Positions 11,967-24,372 of a stretch of DNA of 52,586 bases are shown piece after piece. The position numbers and the translations under genes were made by a program. The notes beneath the pieces were generated by a model, which was not told the DNA's origin, ran no database searches, and saw only the letters and a list, made by a program, of their open reading frames with translations. Positions within the stretch are counted from its first letter, which is position 1. Each line of letters starts with the position of its first letter. This stretch comes from Asterionella formosa (taxonomy: Eukaryota), in NCBI GenBank assembly GCA_002256025.1, contig NKIB01013733.1, forward strand, positions 1-52,586. The letters run 5' to 3'.

Positions 11967-13050
11967 CTTTTCATCGGCCCTTCGTTAGTCACTATAAGAA
12001 GAAGGATTTAACACTAAAACAGTGACAATACATTGTCGATTGCTCGCTTTGCAACCTCGAAAGGGACGACATCATCTCAGAGGCAATGAAATAGATGACC
12101 GGCTCGTAGTAAATCTGGTTGTTCACCTCCAATTGGCTAAAGAATTCAGTAGAATCACAATTTATCATATCTGGAAGCGCGCGCTCGAATCGTTCACAAA
12201 TTAAGATGTGAATCCTACGAGTCAACTGTCCCGAAAATACACCGTAAGGCATTTTTACTTTTGTTTGTTTCATTTGTAGTGAGCTGAACTTGAATATCGG
12301 AAACCAATCCATGTAGCGCAAAACAACTATGCTGGCTAGAGAAATTCAAGTAAATTCAATTGCTCTAAACGATCCAATTTTGGCAACATAGTACCCGTAG
12401 TTTGCATCGTCTCACGTAGAAAATGTATGCTGCTTCTACAGAGGGCTTCTTTGAACAAAGTGGATGAAGCCGGGGTAGTTGCTGAGCGTGTTACAACTAT
12501 ACCGGAACACAGAGAATAAAGGTACATAAAAGACTCCCTACTGTACTCCCTCTTGTAAACTACGATATGATATGAATACCGTATTCCTCTTAATGTTCCC
12601 ACATGCTGTTCCGGTTTTTTGGAACAAATTTACCTGTAGTGTTTCAATTTAATAAAAGCGGTACTGGGTAGCGGACTTATTTTGAAAACCTAACCCTAAT
12701 TCACCAAAATTTAACCTTTACATCAATGGACACCAAAATAAATATCAACAGACACCACCCGAAATATGTATTTAGCATATTTACAAATTTAGCTGACTTA
12801 TAAAGTAGTATAAATGTTACATGTCTGGGTGCATCCTGAAACTGGAAGTGAGTGGCTGGAGCACCGTGATGAAAATAGTGAATATCTCCACCACGAAAAA
12901 TGAGAACGATGCTCATCAATCATGAAATTGAAAATAAAATAGTAAGACTAATATTGACAACAAAATTTGAAGTCACTGATTTGCGCATTTTCCCTGTGAT
13001 TTAAAGAGGGAACAATCACGAAATTTATCTAGCCCAAGTGCAGGGTTACT

Positions 13051-13092
13051 TAATCTAAAAGCCATGATTTAATTAATCTAAAAGCCATGATC
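13051..13092 (+). repeat. Short direct repeat TAATCTAAAAGCCATGAT x2
   Basis: Two exact copies 24 bp apart. Confidence 0.85.
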
Positions 13093-14379
13093 AAACCTGA
13101 CATAAAGCAAATAAAAATTATTGCCTAAAATTTCTTACACATGGGTATTCACGAGCTAATTGGCTTGAAGTTTCCTGATCGACCTTCAAGGTTCACGTCC
13201 TCATATTTCTAAGACAAGCTCTGCCAACTGAACAAGTAAATACAGATTTAAATAAACCCTAATTCACCCTGTTTATATCCTGATCAGCAGAATAGCATAG
13301 ATGGTTCAACTTCTTTTTTTACTGGTCCTACGACAAGGTGACAGAATTATTACGACGATTCAACACCATTTTGCTAAATTTTACTCCCTACTCTCAGTCG
13401 AGAGAGTTAACCTCACCAACAAAACTACGCATGACAAGTTCAAGGCAGAGCAGTATGTTGATCATGCTGCTGTTGTAGTAGTTGATCTGGTAAAAAGATA
13501 ATAAGGAAAAAAGAAAAAGGCAAATGAATATGCAAGGTTATGGAAGGTTCTGTAATGGAGGAGGAAATCAACAAAATAGATGATCACCTAGATAACAGTA
13601 ATTCTACTGCTATGTAGACAAAATAGTCTATTTTTCATTCATTTACTAATTAAATAAAACTTAGCACTATAAATGACAGTACTAGTATATATACTCTCGA
13701 AAAGGTGGAATGTTTGTGGACCCAATACAGTCGCAATGGCGCCTGAGACGAAAAAACATTAACAGAACACCATAATGTCATTAGAGGTCCTCATCCAAAA
13801 ATGTGCTCTCTAATTCAATTGCTGTTTCTTCTACTACAACTAGACTATCTCAAAAGCAACCCTGACCAATCCCCACGTGTGGTGGTATGTCATAACAAGT
13901 TTTGTCTGTATTCAACAAAATGATTTCCTCTATACAATTCTGTAAAATTAAGTAAGGACAATGCAACTATATTGGATTGAAAGAAATGAATGCTGACTGC
14001 ACTGCCACTATCAATCCATCAAAACTACAGTTGGCTTTCTCAACGAACTCCCATTGCTATGATTGTAATAAGCTGAAAGAAGAGAATGTTGATATTTAAA
14101 ACCGGACTTTCACTGGTTTTGGTATTGGGCCTAATAGTCTTGTGTTAATGGCACACGAACTTTTCGCTGGTTGCTTTGCTTGCTAATTGTATATCCCAGT
14201 TTTCGGCTTGTACTGCTACTAGCTATGATTGGAAGAAGCTTCAACATGTATGCTCACGGCTCATGTTTATGCGCTGCTTATATTGAATCTACGTTGCTGA
14301 ATGTGTTCTAATATTACTACACGCACAAAGGTACATGTATAAATCAGTACTGGAGTACCAGAATCTTGGTTCATTATGA

Positions 14380-14930
14380 TGGAAGACAGGATGAAACTAC
14401 TACCGGTACTGATTTTACCGACAGATAAACAGGACAGCTAAAATGTGTGGTTCAAGTGTGGCTGGCGTGATCTTACAAGACCGGAATACTTCAGTCAATC
14501 TGGAGCAATCTGGAGCAGGTGAGTAAATTCAATTCAACCAATCAGAATATGTGTAGTGACGTGGCAACTTACCCTGGAGTCTTTTTGGACTGAGAATTAT
14601 GCAGCAAAACATACCTACGCAAGACTCCTATGTCTACAAGAACGTTATTGCAGGTACAAATTCTGATTCCAATATTTTGGCGACTGTTGAAAAAGCTGAT
14701 CGGGTCGATTTTTGGAGGAGAATTGCTCTACATCTGCCGGGTTTCAAGCAGAGTAAAATAGATAGCCGAGTACCGGTATACTATGATGACGTGCGTCAGG
14801 AATTAACTTCTGGAGAGAAACTGCATTTATGTATCCTAAATTTTTTAAAGCTTCATAGTCCCTTTTTTAATATTTTTGCGATAGTTAAGAATCTACGGGA
14901 CATAACTGTAGTTTCTTTCCAGAAATGAGG
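14380..14930 (+). pseudogene. Degenerate ORF of unknown family, paralogous to 31915-32280
   Basis: LLPV..CGSSVAGVILQD..SDSNILATVEKADRVDF matches LLPV..CASSVVGVGLQD..SDSDILETVKKADFVDF at ~32 kb. Confidence 0.55.
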
Positions 14931-17302
14931 TCCTTACCATATCTGTAGATAGAACGTACCCCTAAGTCGACCAATAATTGGATCTAAGCAGATGCAAAGT
15001 GGTCGTATTGTTGCGTCGACTTCGGTGTCCATCCTTTCATCTTTTCCTTCGTCAAGATCTTTCCAATTCTTGAAGTATGCACACATTTATTGCCTTGCTT
15101 TTTATCCTTTTTGTTGTTCACAATATGTCCCTTGGTGGCATGCTCTCTCGCACCGCAGACCTGAAGTTCTCTTTCCCCTTTTTCCTCCTCAGGGAAACTT
15201 GACAGTAAAAATGATTGGCGCAACCCAACAATACTCGATTTCCTCTCCTGCAAGTTCAGTGACATGTTGGTGTTCAGTCAACAAGTACTCCCATTTCCTT
15301 TCCAATTGACTGCAATGGTCTTGTCTCCTCTTCCTCAAAATCAAGAAAGTTTCCTATCAACGACTTCAAAGACAATTTTTTCTTAAAAAATCCAAATTCA
15401 ATCTGCTTTCTATTCAATGTGTAGCTCTCCAATCTCAAATTTTCACCAAAAAATCCACACTCCCAAAGTAATTGCAACAGACCCTTTGGTTTAATTTCCC
15501 ATTCTTCAATAACTTTTGCTTTAATTGTTTCAATTGGTAAGGTGTGATCTTGCGCCTTTGATTGTATTGCTTGCTTCTTACCCTTTGCTCCATGTATGGT
15601 TTCAATTTGGCATGTACTCCTAAGATTCCAAGTATAACACTCTGCCCTGCCTTCTCATACCCCTCAACTGCTTCATTGAATTTCAAATGGACAAGTGCTG
15701 GTAGGGCCTTTTCATGTTTATATTTCGAAAGCTTCTTGATGGAATGGATATCCAAATTTTCTTTGGAATATTGTTGAATACTCATGCAGATGTCATGGTT
15801 GGCATGGAGGGAATGTGATAGATTTTTTGAGTCTACTCAGTTGGAGCTTGCGGTGTTTTCGTAAATTATGGTACCACTTGAGGACAATGTATGCATGCGT
15901 GGCCAAGTGTGAGAACAGTGGAACAATGTTCCCAGGTCCAGATATTCATGTTAACTTTTGCAGTTTGGATTGAGTGAGCACTGTATTAGCAAATTTGATG
16001 GATGTTCCACCTGTAATGACTGGTGATGCCATTTGCTTGCTTGGTTAAGTGGTCTGAGAATCTGAATCAAAGGGAGACACATTTTTGATTTTATGTTTGA
16101 TTGTTTCTGGTTAGTGGCACTGTTGACAGTGAGGGCTCATGTACAAGTGCATAAAGCGGGTTACCTGGTACCTCTTACATGGTGAGTCACCCTGTCCCGT
16201 ATATGCTAGGATGAACAACAAAGCCCTGAATTTTATTATTAATTATGCAACAAAGCACTTGAAAAGTGTCACATTTACCATTATGTTGCAGCTTCCTTTG
16301 TCTGGAACATACTTATTCAAAATGAAAATGTCAACTCTTGTGCAAACACACATATTTATGTGCCGGTATAAATACTTCCGAAAATGACGGTGTCTGTAGC
16401 TATGTGGGGTCATATTTGCAGCAAAACTGCATACCGGTATGTACCTACTGGTACCTGGTACAAGGTCCTCCCTAGTACCCTGGTAACGGTACTATTAGAC
16501 AGGAAGGAAAGGGAAAAGACGGTTTGAACTACCGGTACTAGAATTGTTTTACGAATCATCTGAATTGTTACCGGACCTTCCAGGGGATAGTTCTATATTT
16601 GCTTGTAATAATATTTTTTAAATTATGTAATAATGATTATTAAACCGTGAAGAAGCATCGCTACAGCCACTACCACCTCGCAAACCAGGTACCAAGTGCT
16701 CGTCGGAATATTTGGTAGGAAGGAGTACCCGCGCACTACTGAGTACCAGGTATGCTGATCTGAAAAGCTCTTGCTGTTGCACAATCCAATTGATAATGGA
16801 AATATGACATGAGGATGTCGGAATTGACATCCCTGTATATTTAATGTCGTATGCGTGTGGTCATTTGTATTTGCTTGCCTCGACATGATGGTTGAAATGA
16901 CCTTGGGTACAGTAGGCACTATCATACAAAAAGCACTTTTATTATTGGGACGTTGGTATATAAGCAAAGGTGTATGGTTTAACGGTACTGGTAGTTGAGC
17001 AAGCAAGTGATGCCCAAAAAGGTTGGACCACACTTCCACTCTTGTAAGTACATCCCTCGCTTTGTCGTGCTTGCTGAGGATCCTTTTATTTCATTTATTC
17101 GTTAAAATCCTGAGTGAGATTCAAGAAGCAAGTATAGCAACGTTTGAAAGGGAAAGCCGAAAGAAGCCACTGAGTCCTTGAACTGGCATTTGTGTCTGGT
17201 GCATAATTGTTAAGGATTTATTATCTCTCGGTTCTACGTCGACTTCCTACTGGTCACTTTTCCAATCGAAACGAGCAAACAGAATTTATACCCTCAAAAT
17301 CA

Positions 17303-18832
17303 ATGAGTGATTCCGACGAAGGCCCCGATCTCCCCACCTGCGGAGACTCATCATACTTCACTAACGTGTTGAAACCAGGAGTCCATGATGTCCTTTGCGG
17401 TCGTGGAGGAGGAACCAACAATCACAGCGGAAACGTTAAGTTCCGGCAACTCGTTAACGAACACAAGCTCCGCTATTTAGCTGCCTCTAAGGTCGAGAAG
17501 CCCAAGGTAGCCCGTGAAGTTGTAAAATTATGGAGAGCGCTAGATCCGCCAGGGCGATTCTTGGCGAGAACGGATGACAGCAAGCGTGGCCCGGGGTCTG
17601 TCAAGGCGGAAGGCAATGTTTGGTTTGATGTCGGGGATAAGAAAGGCAGGGAAAAGGCATCTCAGTGTTTACGTGAACGAACTCCTGATGTCTTGCCGTA
17701 TGTGAGAGAGATGCAGCGACAGCAAGATTTCATGACCGGTCAAGGCCTGAGAATGTTTGAGCAGCAAATGAGGCATCTTCAAGAAGGCCAGGCCGGAGGC
17801 TTACCTATGAATCCCAGTGACCACATGCAAGCCCAGATGGGTATTGGTGACGGGAACGGATCTAATTTCCAAATGCATCAGCCGTCAAAGGTACATTCGC
17901 ACTCCATTTCCGAGCCAGAAGTGGCAAATGCTTTCTCGGAAGCTTACTTTTTCACTCATGGTTTCCAAAATAACCCTCAGGGCTTTGCATCTCATGGCAT
18001 TGATGGCCGTCGATCAGCTGATGATCCGCTCAGCCTTCATCAAATGAGTCTAGATCAGCAGGCTTGGAGCACGATCTTGTCGCACTTTGAGGTACCCCAA
18101 AATTCAGTTCCGCTTAGTGGATTTCAGAATGTTGCCAGCCAACGTCTTGAATACAGCAATGCAGGGAGCATTATTCGTCCCGATCCAGTCGATAGCGCAC
18201 TTACACCATCTGTAACACCCGACGACTATAATTTTAATGACGATGAGTTGACCTTTGAAGAATATCGACTCTCAATGAAGGAGTTTGACTATTTGGTACA
18301 TGATTCGGATTCGGATCCAGAGGAGGAACACCGTGTCAAAGGGTTGGACGACTCTCAAGAGGGTTGGCTTAATGCGTTTCATGCAATTAAGATGGCTCCA
18401 TCCTCTAATTTGGATAACTCGGCGTCCACCTTTGGTGAATCGATACAAGTCCAACCGCGCAGCGCTCCAAAGGCACCACCACCAAACAACAAGAAAGCCA
18501 CTCTTGACTCGGCTTTCAGTCGACAGAAGGTTTTATCGACTGGTCGCTCCTCTCGGACTATGCTTACGGCAGGAACCACACAAACAGCAGGAACTACGCA
18601 AACGATAGGCACCCGAATTTCAGCCAGATCCCAAACCACCACTTTATCGGCTGCCTTTAGTACAATGTCTGGTGTCAGTATGTTTAGTGAAATGAGCGAA
18701 GACACAAGACTTTCTAAGATGAGTGCGGCCCGTGGGTTGCAATCCAATCTTTCCATGATGAGTGAATTAACTGATTTGAGCGAGTCACTAAACTCGTTGG
18801 ACTTGCACGCAAAAGGCGCGAAAAAGTTCTAA
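17303..18832 (+). CDS. DUF6824-domain protein (family expanded in diatoms) with low-complexity S/T-rich tail
   Basis: DVLCGRGGGTNNHSGNVKFRQLV..RYLAASKVEKPKVAREVV..PPGRFL..W..V..KKGREKASQCLRE. First ATG is at 17303; the ORF-track start at 17207 is TTG. Confidence 0.9.
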   Translation: MSDSDEGPDLPTCGDSSYFTNVLKPGVHDVLCGRGGGTNNHSGNVKFRQLVNEHKLRYLAASKVEKPKVAREVVKLWRALDPPGRFLARTDDSKRGPGSVKAEGNVWFDVGDKKGREKASQCLRERTPDVLPYVREMQRQQDFMTGQGLRMFEQQMRHLQEGQAGGLPMNPSDHMQAQMGIGDGNGSNFQMHQPSKVHSHSISEPEVANAFSEAYFFTHGFQNNPQGFASHGIDGRRSADDPLSLHQMSLDQQAWSTILSHFEVPQNSVPLSGFQNVASQRLEYSNAGSIIRPDPVDSALTPSVTPDDYNFNDDELTFEEYRLSMKEFDYLVHDSDSDPEEEHRVKGLDDSQEGWLNAFHAIKMAPSSNLDNSASTFGESIQVQPRSAPKAPPPNNKKATLDSAFSRQKVLSTGRSSRTMLTAGTTQTAGTTQTIGTRISARSQTTTLSAAFSTMSGVSMFSEMSEDTRLSKMSAARGLQSNLSMMSELTDLSESLNSLDLHAKGAKKF

Positions 18833-19018
18833 CGCATTGGTAGGTCAATCATTAGTTTGATTAACTGCAGTTGGATGTGCCCAAAGGAATAGATGTGATA
18901 TTACAACTCTTTTTTTCCTTTCGCATGTAGAGGCCTTTTTCGGGGTAAATAATAAAGAAATAGAAAAGCGAGTTAATGATAAAAGAGTGAAGATCAAAGT
19001 TTTTTCGAACACCTCTAG

Positions 19019-21013
19019 CTAATCTAGCTCATCGGCATCAAATCTAGTAGGTGCGGGAGTGGCCACGGGAGCAATTGGCTCCACTAACTCTGGCAATTCC
19101 ATGGCAGCTGGCGTTAATGACGTCAACCCTGATTTTCCATCAGTAGGCCCATCCTTGTCTCCTTCCTTAGTTTCACCCTTGGATGTGTCTCCAGCAAAAA
19201 ACTCGTTCATATCGTCTCCTTCTCTAGAGTAAATTAAAAATGCACAATACATGAGTGTACATCCCGCAAAGACGAAAATGGGGAAAAGGATCCAGATGGC
19301 GTTAAATCCCCCGCTAGATTCTGAGTATGCTTGCTCCAACTTGCCAACAATCAGCGAGAGCATCATTAATTGCACCATCAAATTACGACATGAACCCTGT
19401 GCTTTCAATTGTGCCTCGTCGGCAGATGCTTGCGCTTCTTGAAAGGATTGCTGCCATTCGGCAAAAATTTCCGGGTCTATTGTTGATTCTTCTCCTGCTT
19501 CTGTCGAAAAATCGAGAGAAGTGGGTTCAATATCAGGATGTGACGGATTGGGTTCTTTCGAAGTAGGCTTCTCAAACTTTCTCATGGGAGGACTGAATTC
19601 GTTGTCGAATTTTTCCAAAGTTGCCAGCATCTCTGTCGATGGCAAAGCCGCATCTGCTGGCGTAGCTGACCCTTCGTTTGATGAAACATGCCCATCCTCA
19701 GAAATTGCAACCGATGGATCGCCTTCCTTTTTCAACATTGGGATCTTAGTAAAATCTGTGGCGTCATGAGCATCTGGGGGAACATACATCAGGGCGGAAG
19801 ATGTTGCTTCCTCCTCTCTAGGAGGAGCAGCAGCTTCTTCTATATCCTCTTCCATGTGGCCCACTATCACTTGATTTCCAACTGCCCAACAGCACGTGTA
19901 AAAATTGTAGATACTTTTCAGGAACAAATGTATCCAAACTGGAAGAAAAATGAGCCACCAATTCGTGTTGTTAAGTGTCCCATCGACCTTGAGTACAATC
20001 AAAACAACTAGAGGAATTTCAAAGAAAATTCCTTTGATCAAACGGGCATTGAAATCATAGTAATATTCAATTGCGGCTTGGTATTCAGGAGAGTCTTCGA
20101 CAGTGGCAGTGCCCGTCACATGCGGCGGAAGGTGGACGATAACATATTCTTCTTCAATTGCAGTCCGTTCTTCTTCGTCCAAGTCACTCAGGGGCTTCCC
20201 AAGCACTTCTTCAAGAGCGCTCAGAGTGACCATCATTTGAACTTGTTGGTTGATTTGGTGCATCGTTAACAAATACGAAGCAAACCTCGTGCCAAGATAG
20301 ATGTAAAAAGGGATGAAAACCAAGGTGTAGCCAAAATCAATAGTGCGATCCCATCTCAACGCCAACAAGATCATCCCGATAAACCAACACACATTTCCAA
20401 GAAAATTCAAAAGAAGCTGACTCTTCTCTTCGGCAAAAAATAAAACGCCTAGCAAGATGAAACAGAAGATTCCTTGTAGGATCCAGGTGGGGATCAACAG
20501 GAGCATCCATGGTGTCGACTCCAAAGCCCCTCCGTCGAACAATTGATTTATTTTAGCGCAAATCAAGATGGGCTGCAACAGAATGACGGCAACAATGACG
20601 GCCACGAGCATCATAATACGGGTCTTGGCATTTGAATCTGCTTTCATTAAATTCTCCATCAAACACATGGGATTGTACAGGTTGCCGCTAGCCACAAATT
20701 GGTAGCGCGAAGGGGAGTCTCCAAGGTTGTTGTACTCGTTTCGTTTCTTCTTGTCGCTCAGTACACCATAGGCTTCCTGGACAAGTTGGTACTCTGCTTC
20801 ATAGTCCTTCGGGTCTAGTCCGCGCTGTTGGAGTTTGTCAGGGTGGAGCTGCAACGAAATCTTGCGGAAGGCCTTTCGAATGTCTTCTTGTGAAGCTGAT
20901 TTTGTCACCTTGAGAACTTCGTAATATGATTTCTCGTGTTCTGGGGCTTGAGGAAGCAAGGCTGGTAGGACATGGAGCAATATGAGGGTCGAAAGCGACG
21001 GGAGTTTCACCAT
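19019..21013 (-). CDS. DnaJ (J-domain) multi-pass membrane protein with TMEM185-like repeats
   Basis: N-terminal signal-like segment, then YYEVLKV...IRKAFRKISLQLHPDK...AYGVLSD. Repeated hydrophobic W/Y-x2-(V/I/L)(F/L)-x-P-x-(W/Y/F) segments follow. Confidence 0.9.
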   Translation of the reverse strand: MVKLPSLSTLILLHVLPALLPQAPEHEKSYYEVLKVTKSASQEDIRKAFRKISLQLHPDKLQQRGLDPKDYEAEYQLVQEAYGVLSDKKKRNEYNNLGDSPSRYQFVASGNLYNPMCLMENLMKADSNAKTRIMMLVAVIVAVILLQPILICAKINQLFDGGALESTPWMLLLIPTWILQGIFCFILLGVLFFAEEKSQLLLNFLGNVCWFIGMILLALRWDRTIDFGYTLVFIPFYIYLGTRFASYLLTMHQINQQVQMMVTLSALEEVLGKPLSDLDEEERTAIEEEYVIVHLPPHVTGTATVEDSPEYQAAIEYYYDFNARLIKGIFFEIPLVVLIVLKVDGTLNNTNWWLIFLPVWIHLFLKSIYNFYTCCWAVGNQVIVGHMEEDIEEAAAPPREEEATSSALMYVPPDAHDATDFTKIPMLKKEGDPSVAISEDGHVSSNEGSATPADAALPSTEMLATLEKFDNEFSPPMRKFEKPTSKEPNPSHPDIEPTSLDFSTEAGEESTIDPEIFAEWQQSFQEAQASADEAQLKAQGSCRNLMVQLMMLSLIVGKLEQAYSESSGGFNAIWILFPIFVFAGCTLMYCAFLIYSREGDDMNEFFAGDTSKGETKEGDKDGPTDGKSGLTSLTPAAMELPELVEPIAPVATPAPTRFDADELD

Positions 21014-21153
21014 GATGGCTCCAATGCTGTGAAATAGGAGTACCCTGGAGTATTATTTTATGAGCACGGTTGCTATGTTGTTGACTGGTGTACAGGTGCC
21101 CTGGTACCTGGTACCAGGTACCGTGTACTCCGTATGTATCATAGTACGGCATA

Positions 21154-21555
21154 CCAGCAAGTTGCGGTCATTTTGCCGAAACTGAAATGTGGCGCCAGCA
21201 GGCACTCACATTCGAATCTTCTGGTAATATTGATTTCGATATTTAGAAAATCCAAACGGTTTCGCGTTGGCCCATTAATTTCAATATTTTATCAAAATCT
21301 AATTTTAAAGAATGATTTTCTGAAGAAAACCAGTTTCCGAACCTTGCTACGGTACGATTGGGGGAATGAGTTTCACCCTAAAATAGTTCCTGCCAAATCG
21401 AATTCCAGCACAATAGTATCCAAAACGATAATGCCACAAATGAAAGATAACCGTTATCTGAGCTGCCAGCGCATCTATTTGTGTTCTAGGTCATCATGCA
21501 TGGATAAACGCTATGTCCAAATCGTCATTTCGGCGAATTTACCGCAACTTGCAGG
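21154..21555. mobile_element. MITE / non-autonomous Tc1-mariner(pogo)-type element, 402 bp
   Basis: 27-bp TIRs CCAGCAAGTTGCGGTCATTTTGCCGAA (21154-21180) and TTCGGCGAATTTACCGCAACTTGCAGG (21529-21555), 23/27 complementary, flanked by TA on both sides. Confidence 0.85.
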
Positions 21556-21924
21556 TATCAGCTACTCTACCAGCAATAGATTGTATGCGATCTGCCTCAT
21601 GCGGCTGGGCGGGCGGGGAATTTTGTGAATTTGTCTTCTGCCACATGATGATGATGCATCCTCTCTCATTATGTATAATATTCACGCACCTGTATGATGC
21701 ATCATCTCTGTCTATGGTATGTGTTAAAAAATTCACGCACCTTTATGATGCATATATACCTGGTATTGCCTTAAATTAGGGGATTATGTTGATTGACGTG
21801 TATGATAGTGCACATTGGCTGATGAAAAGGAATTTACCCTTCCTCTTTGGGATAAATAATGTACAACAAATCCCACTCTTTGGCGAAACAAAATAATCAA
21901 TTTATAGAAATAAAAATAAATTGC

Positions 21925-23403
21925 ATGGACAATACAGCAAACAACGAATCTATCATGGCTATTATCTGGGCATTACTCAAGGCTATTCTCAAAGAAGCAC
22001 CATCCGTTCAAATCATTGCTCCAGTTACATCCAAGTTGCTTGACCGTATCACAAGAAAGCAGGGTAACATTCCAGCTTCAATTGAAACTCGAGTAATCAG
22101 ACACTATATGCACAAAGGCGCATTTACTAAGGACTACTTCCATGGGCTGCTTCATCTGCAAACACCTTAGCCATTGGATATTTTCGGAAACAATAAACTT
22201 CACAAGTTATTATCAAAGTATCCAGTTTTATCTGTATCACGGGCTCCATTTGAGATATCTCCATTGGTAATGGCTGGTGGGAGTATTGTAAGGTGCAATG
22301 GCAACGGAAAATCGAATCAAGCTAACAACAAAGCATCTCTCTCAAAAAATTCTAATTCATACTAAAAATAAGGAAATCCCCATTCAAGTAAGCTGGTCAA
22401 AAATACACGGCTCATCTGAAACATCTCTAATGGCATTCGCAACTACCGTTCTTTCTAAAAAAGAGGACTACGCTAAGGCTTGTTCAGCGCTGACAAACCA
22501 ACTCTATGGCACAGACATTGCAAACAAAGACTGGACAAGACCGCTTCTGCGATTCATTCCCTTAGCAATGCTTAAGATTAAAGAAGATGCAAATGATAAG
22601 TTAATCCAGAGTCAACTTGCATTTGAAAAGAACCTGATCACTTTCATGCCACACAATCTTCGAGGGTTGGAAGAGATGATTTTTGTACAAGGATGCAGCC
22701 CATCAAAATGAGTTTACTACCATTCAGTGGGGGAGCTCCTGAGAAATATGCTTGGCGATGATGGCAATAATATGTTTGACGCAGTGGTGCCACATGGCAC
22801 TAAACAAAATACGGTAATATTGGCCAGCACTACACGCAAGAAGGCTATTAGATATCACTTGCTCACGGTGGCTAAAGAGACATTCCAAGACCTGAATCTC
22901 CATGATTTATATAATGAGATGGACTCACCACAGGAAGGAACAACAACACATCATCAGTAACGAATTGTTTATGAACATGATGGAGAAGCAAAGTTGGATG
23001 ATATCTTTGCTGAGCTTGATACCACGTTCCCTTCCTGTCTATCCCCTCTAAAGCCACATCTTTTGATGGTAGCGCAGTAGATTCATACATTTCGGCAAGT
23101 GGAGTGAATTCTACCTTAGGAAAAGCATCACGATCAGCAAACTATCCTCATCCTGGAGCTCCAACACGCTCCAATACTAAACAAGGTCAGTCAAAGAAAG
23201 CGCGGCTACAAACAAGATACAACACTGATCATAGCGACCTCAGTAGCAGCAGCAAGGATAGCGCTAGCACCCGCAAAAGTCGACTACAATCCAAAAAGCT
23301 TCATCAACATCGCACAAAGAATCACGCCACTTCCCGAAAATCATATGTACAGGTAGCAAAAGATCAGGTAAACTTGAAAGGTCCAGAAGACCTCCTAAAA
23401 TAA
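21925..23403 (+). pseudogene. Frameshifted long ORF, possibly LINE ORF1-like
   Basis: Consecutive same-strand ORF fragments (21859, 22174, 22298, 22727, 23104) end in a basic S/K-rich tail with SYVQVAK. The family assignment is tentative. Confidence 0.35.
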
Positions 23404-24132
23404 TTCCATCAGACTCTACTTGGCGTAATCACAGTGTTATCCAAACTGAAATGTCTTCACTTCATGTGCTCTCGGAATAGGAGGATACCATATCTGTCAT
23501 TTTAATACCGGTAATAGTATCAGTAACTGTAATGTCCAATGAGCCAAGACAGGTAGGCAGCCAATGGAATGCTCTTGACAAAAGCCGCAACAACACTCCT
23601 CCTGTTGGTCTGTGGTATCTTTTCAAGGTACTCCATCTGGTTGAAAATATTTGCATTGATTAATAAATTCCTCTGGGGCCATTTGGTGGAATGCTACACT
23701 TTTCTCGGGTTCAATTGCCCTTATGTGCGGTCAGGTGTTTACTACTCGTCCATAGCTCTTAAAGTAGTGATTTGTTTGGTCCCTGTCTGTAGATCTGAAG
23801 CCAAGAAATTGTACATTCAGGGTTGCTTGTTAGCCCTTCAGTGCATGGATCAAACGCAAAAGTTGTCCCAATGCAACTAATACGATTTTTTTACTTTATC
23901 CGTGGTCACCCGCCAATGAGTAGTAGTAACTTGGAAGGGATTATATACTCACCACTCTAAGGATGCATTTCAGCAGCACAGGAGGGCCCCATACTTGGCC
24001 AAAGTCAAAGATTTTATCATATCACATATATACATTGCTTTTTCCTAGTGGTTACATGGAAACATGATACCATATATACAGCTATGTACTTTTACGACTA
24101 GTAGATGTAATTTTAGAAGTCATTATCTCATA

Positions 24133-24372
24133 GGGGAATGGCTTAGTGGTTAGCATACCCACTGTGGTGGCGGGTTCGATTCCTGCATTCTCCACCTGTC
24201 TTTTTCATGTAGTCCCAAGGGTTCCGGGGGGTGCGGCCGGCTGACAAAAAGACAGGTCCCGTTGTACCGTACGGACGAATAAAACTGGTACTAATTGTGT
24301 CCATCTAGTTGGTGGGCCCGAGTGCAATTATTGGATAGCTTTAATGTACTATCAAATTTAATTGACATTTAA
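24133..24372 (+). mobile_element. tRNA-derived SINE, 240 bp, with 19-bp TSD
   Basis: A box TGGCTTAGTGG (24139-24149), B box GGTTCGATTCC (24173-24183), acceptor stem GGGGAAT/ATTCTCC, T stem GCGGG/CCTGC. Exact flanking direct repeat TAGAAGTCATTATCTCATA at 24114-24132 and 24373-24391. Confidence 0.85.

Noticed and set aside
11720..11992. Gly/Pro-rich ORFs or a G-quadruplex
   Set aside because: They derive from homopolymer runs around an N gap.
12686..12700. Telomeric repeat (CCTAACCCTAA; similar at 13253, 34957, 38616)
   Set aside because: Only 1-2 units each, so not a telomere array.
24133..24194. Functional tRNA gene
   Set aside because: Only 62 nt with no proper anticodon stem-loop, and embedded in a TSD-flanked element, so it is better read as a SINE head.
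24240..24285. Hammerhead ribozyme (CTGA..GTCC..GGAC GAA)
   Set aside because: The core does not match CUGANGA/GAAA (reads CTGACAA and GAAT), and the spacing to stem II is wrong.
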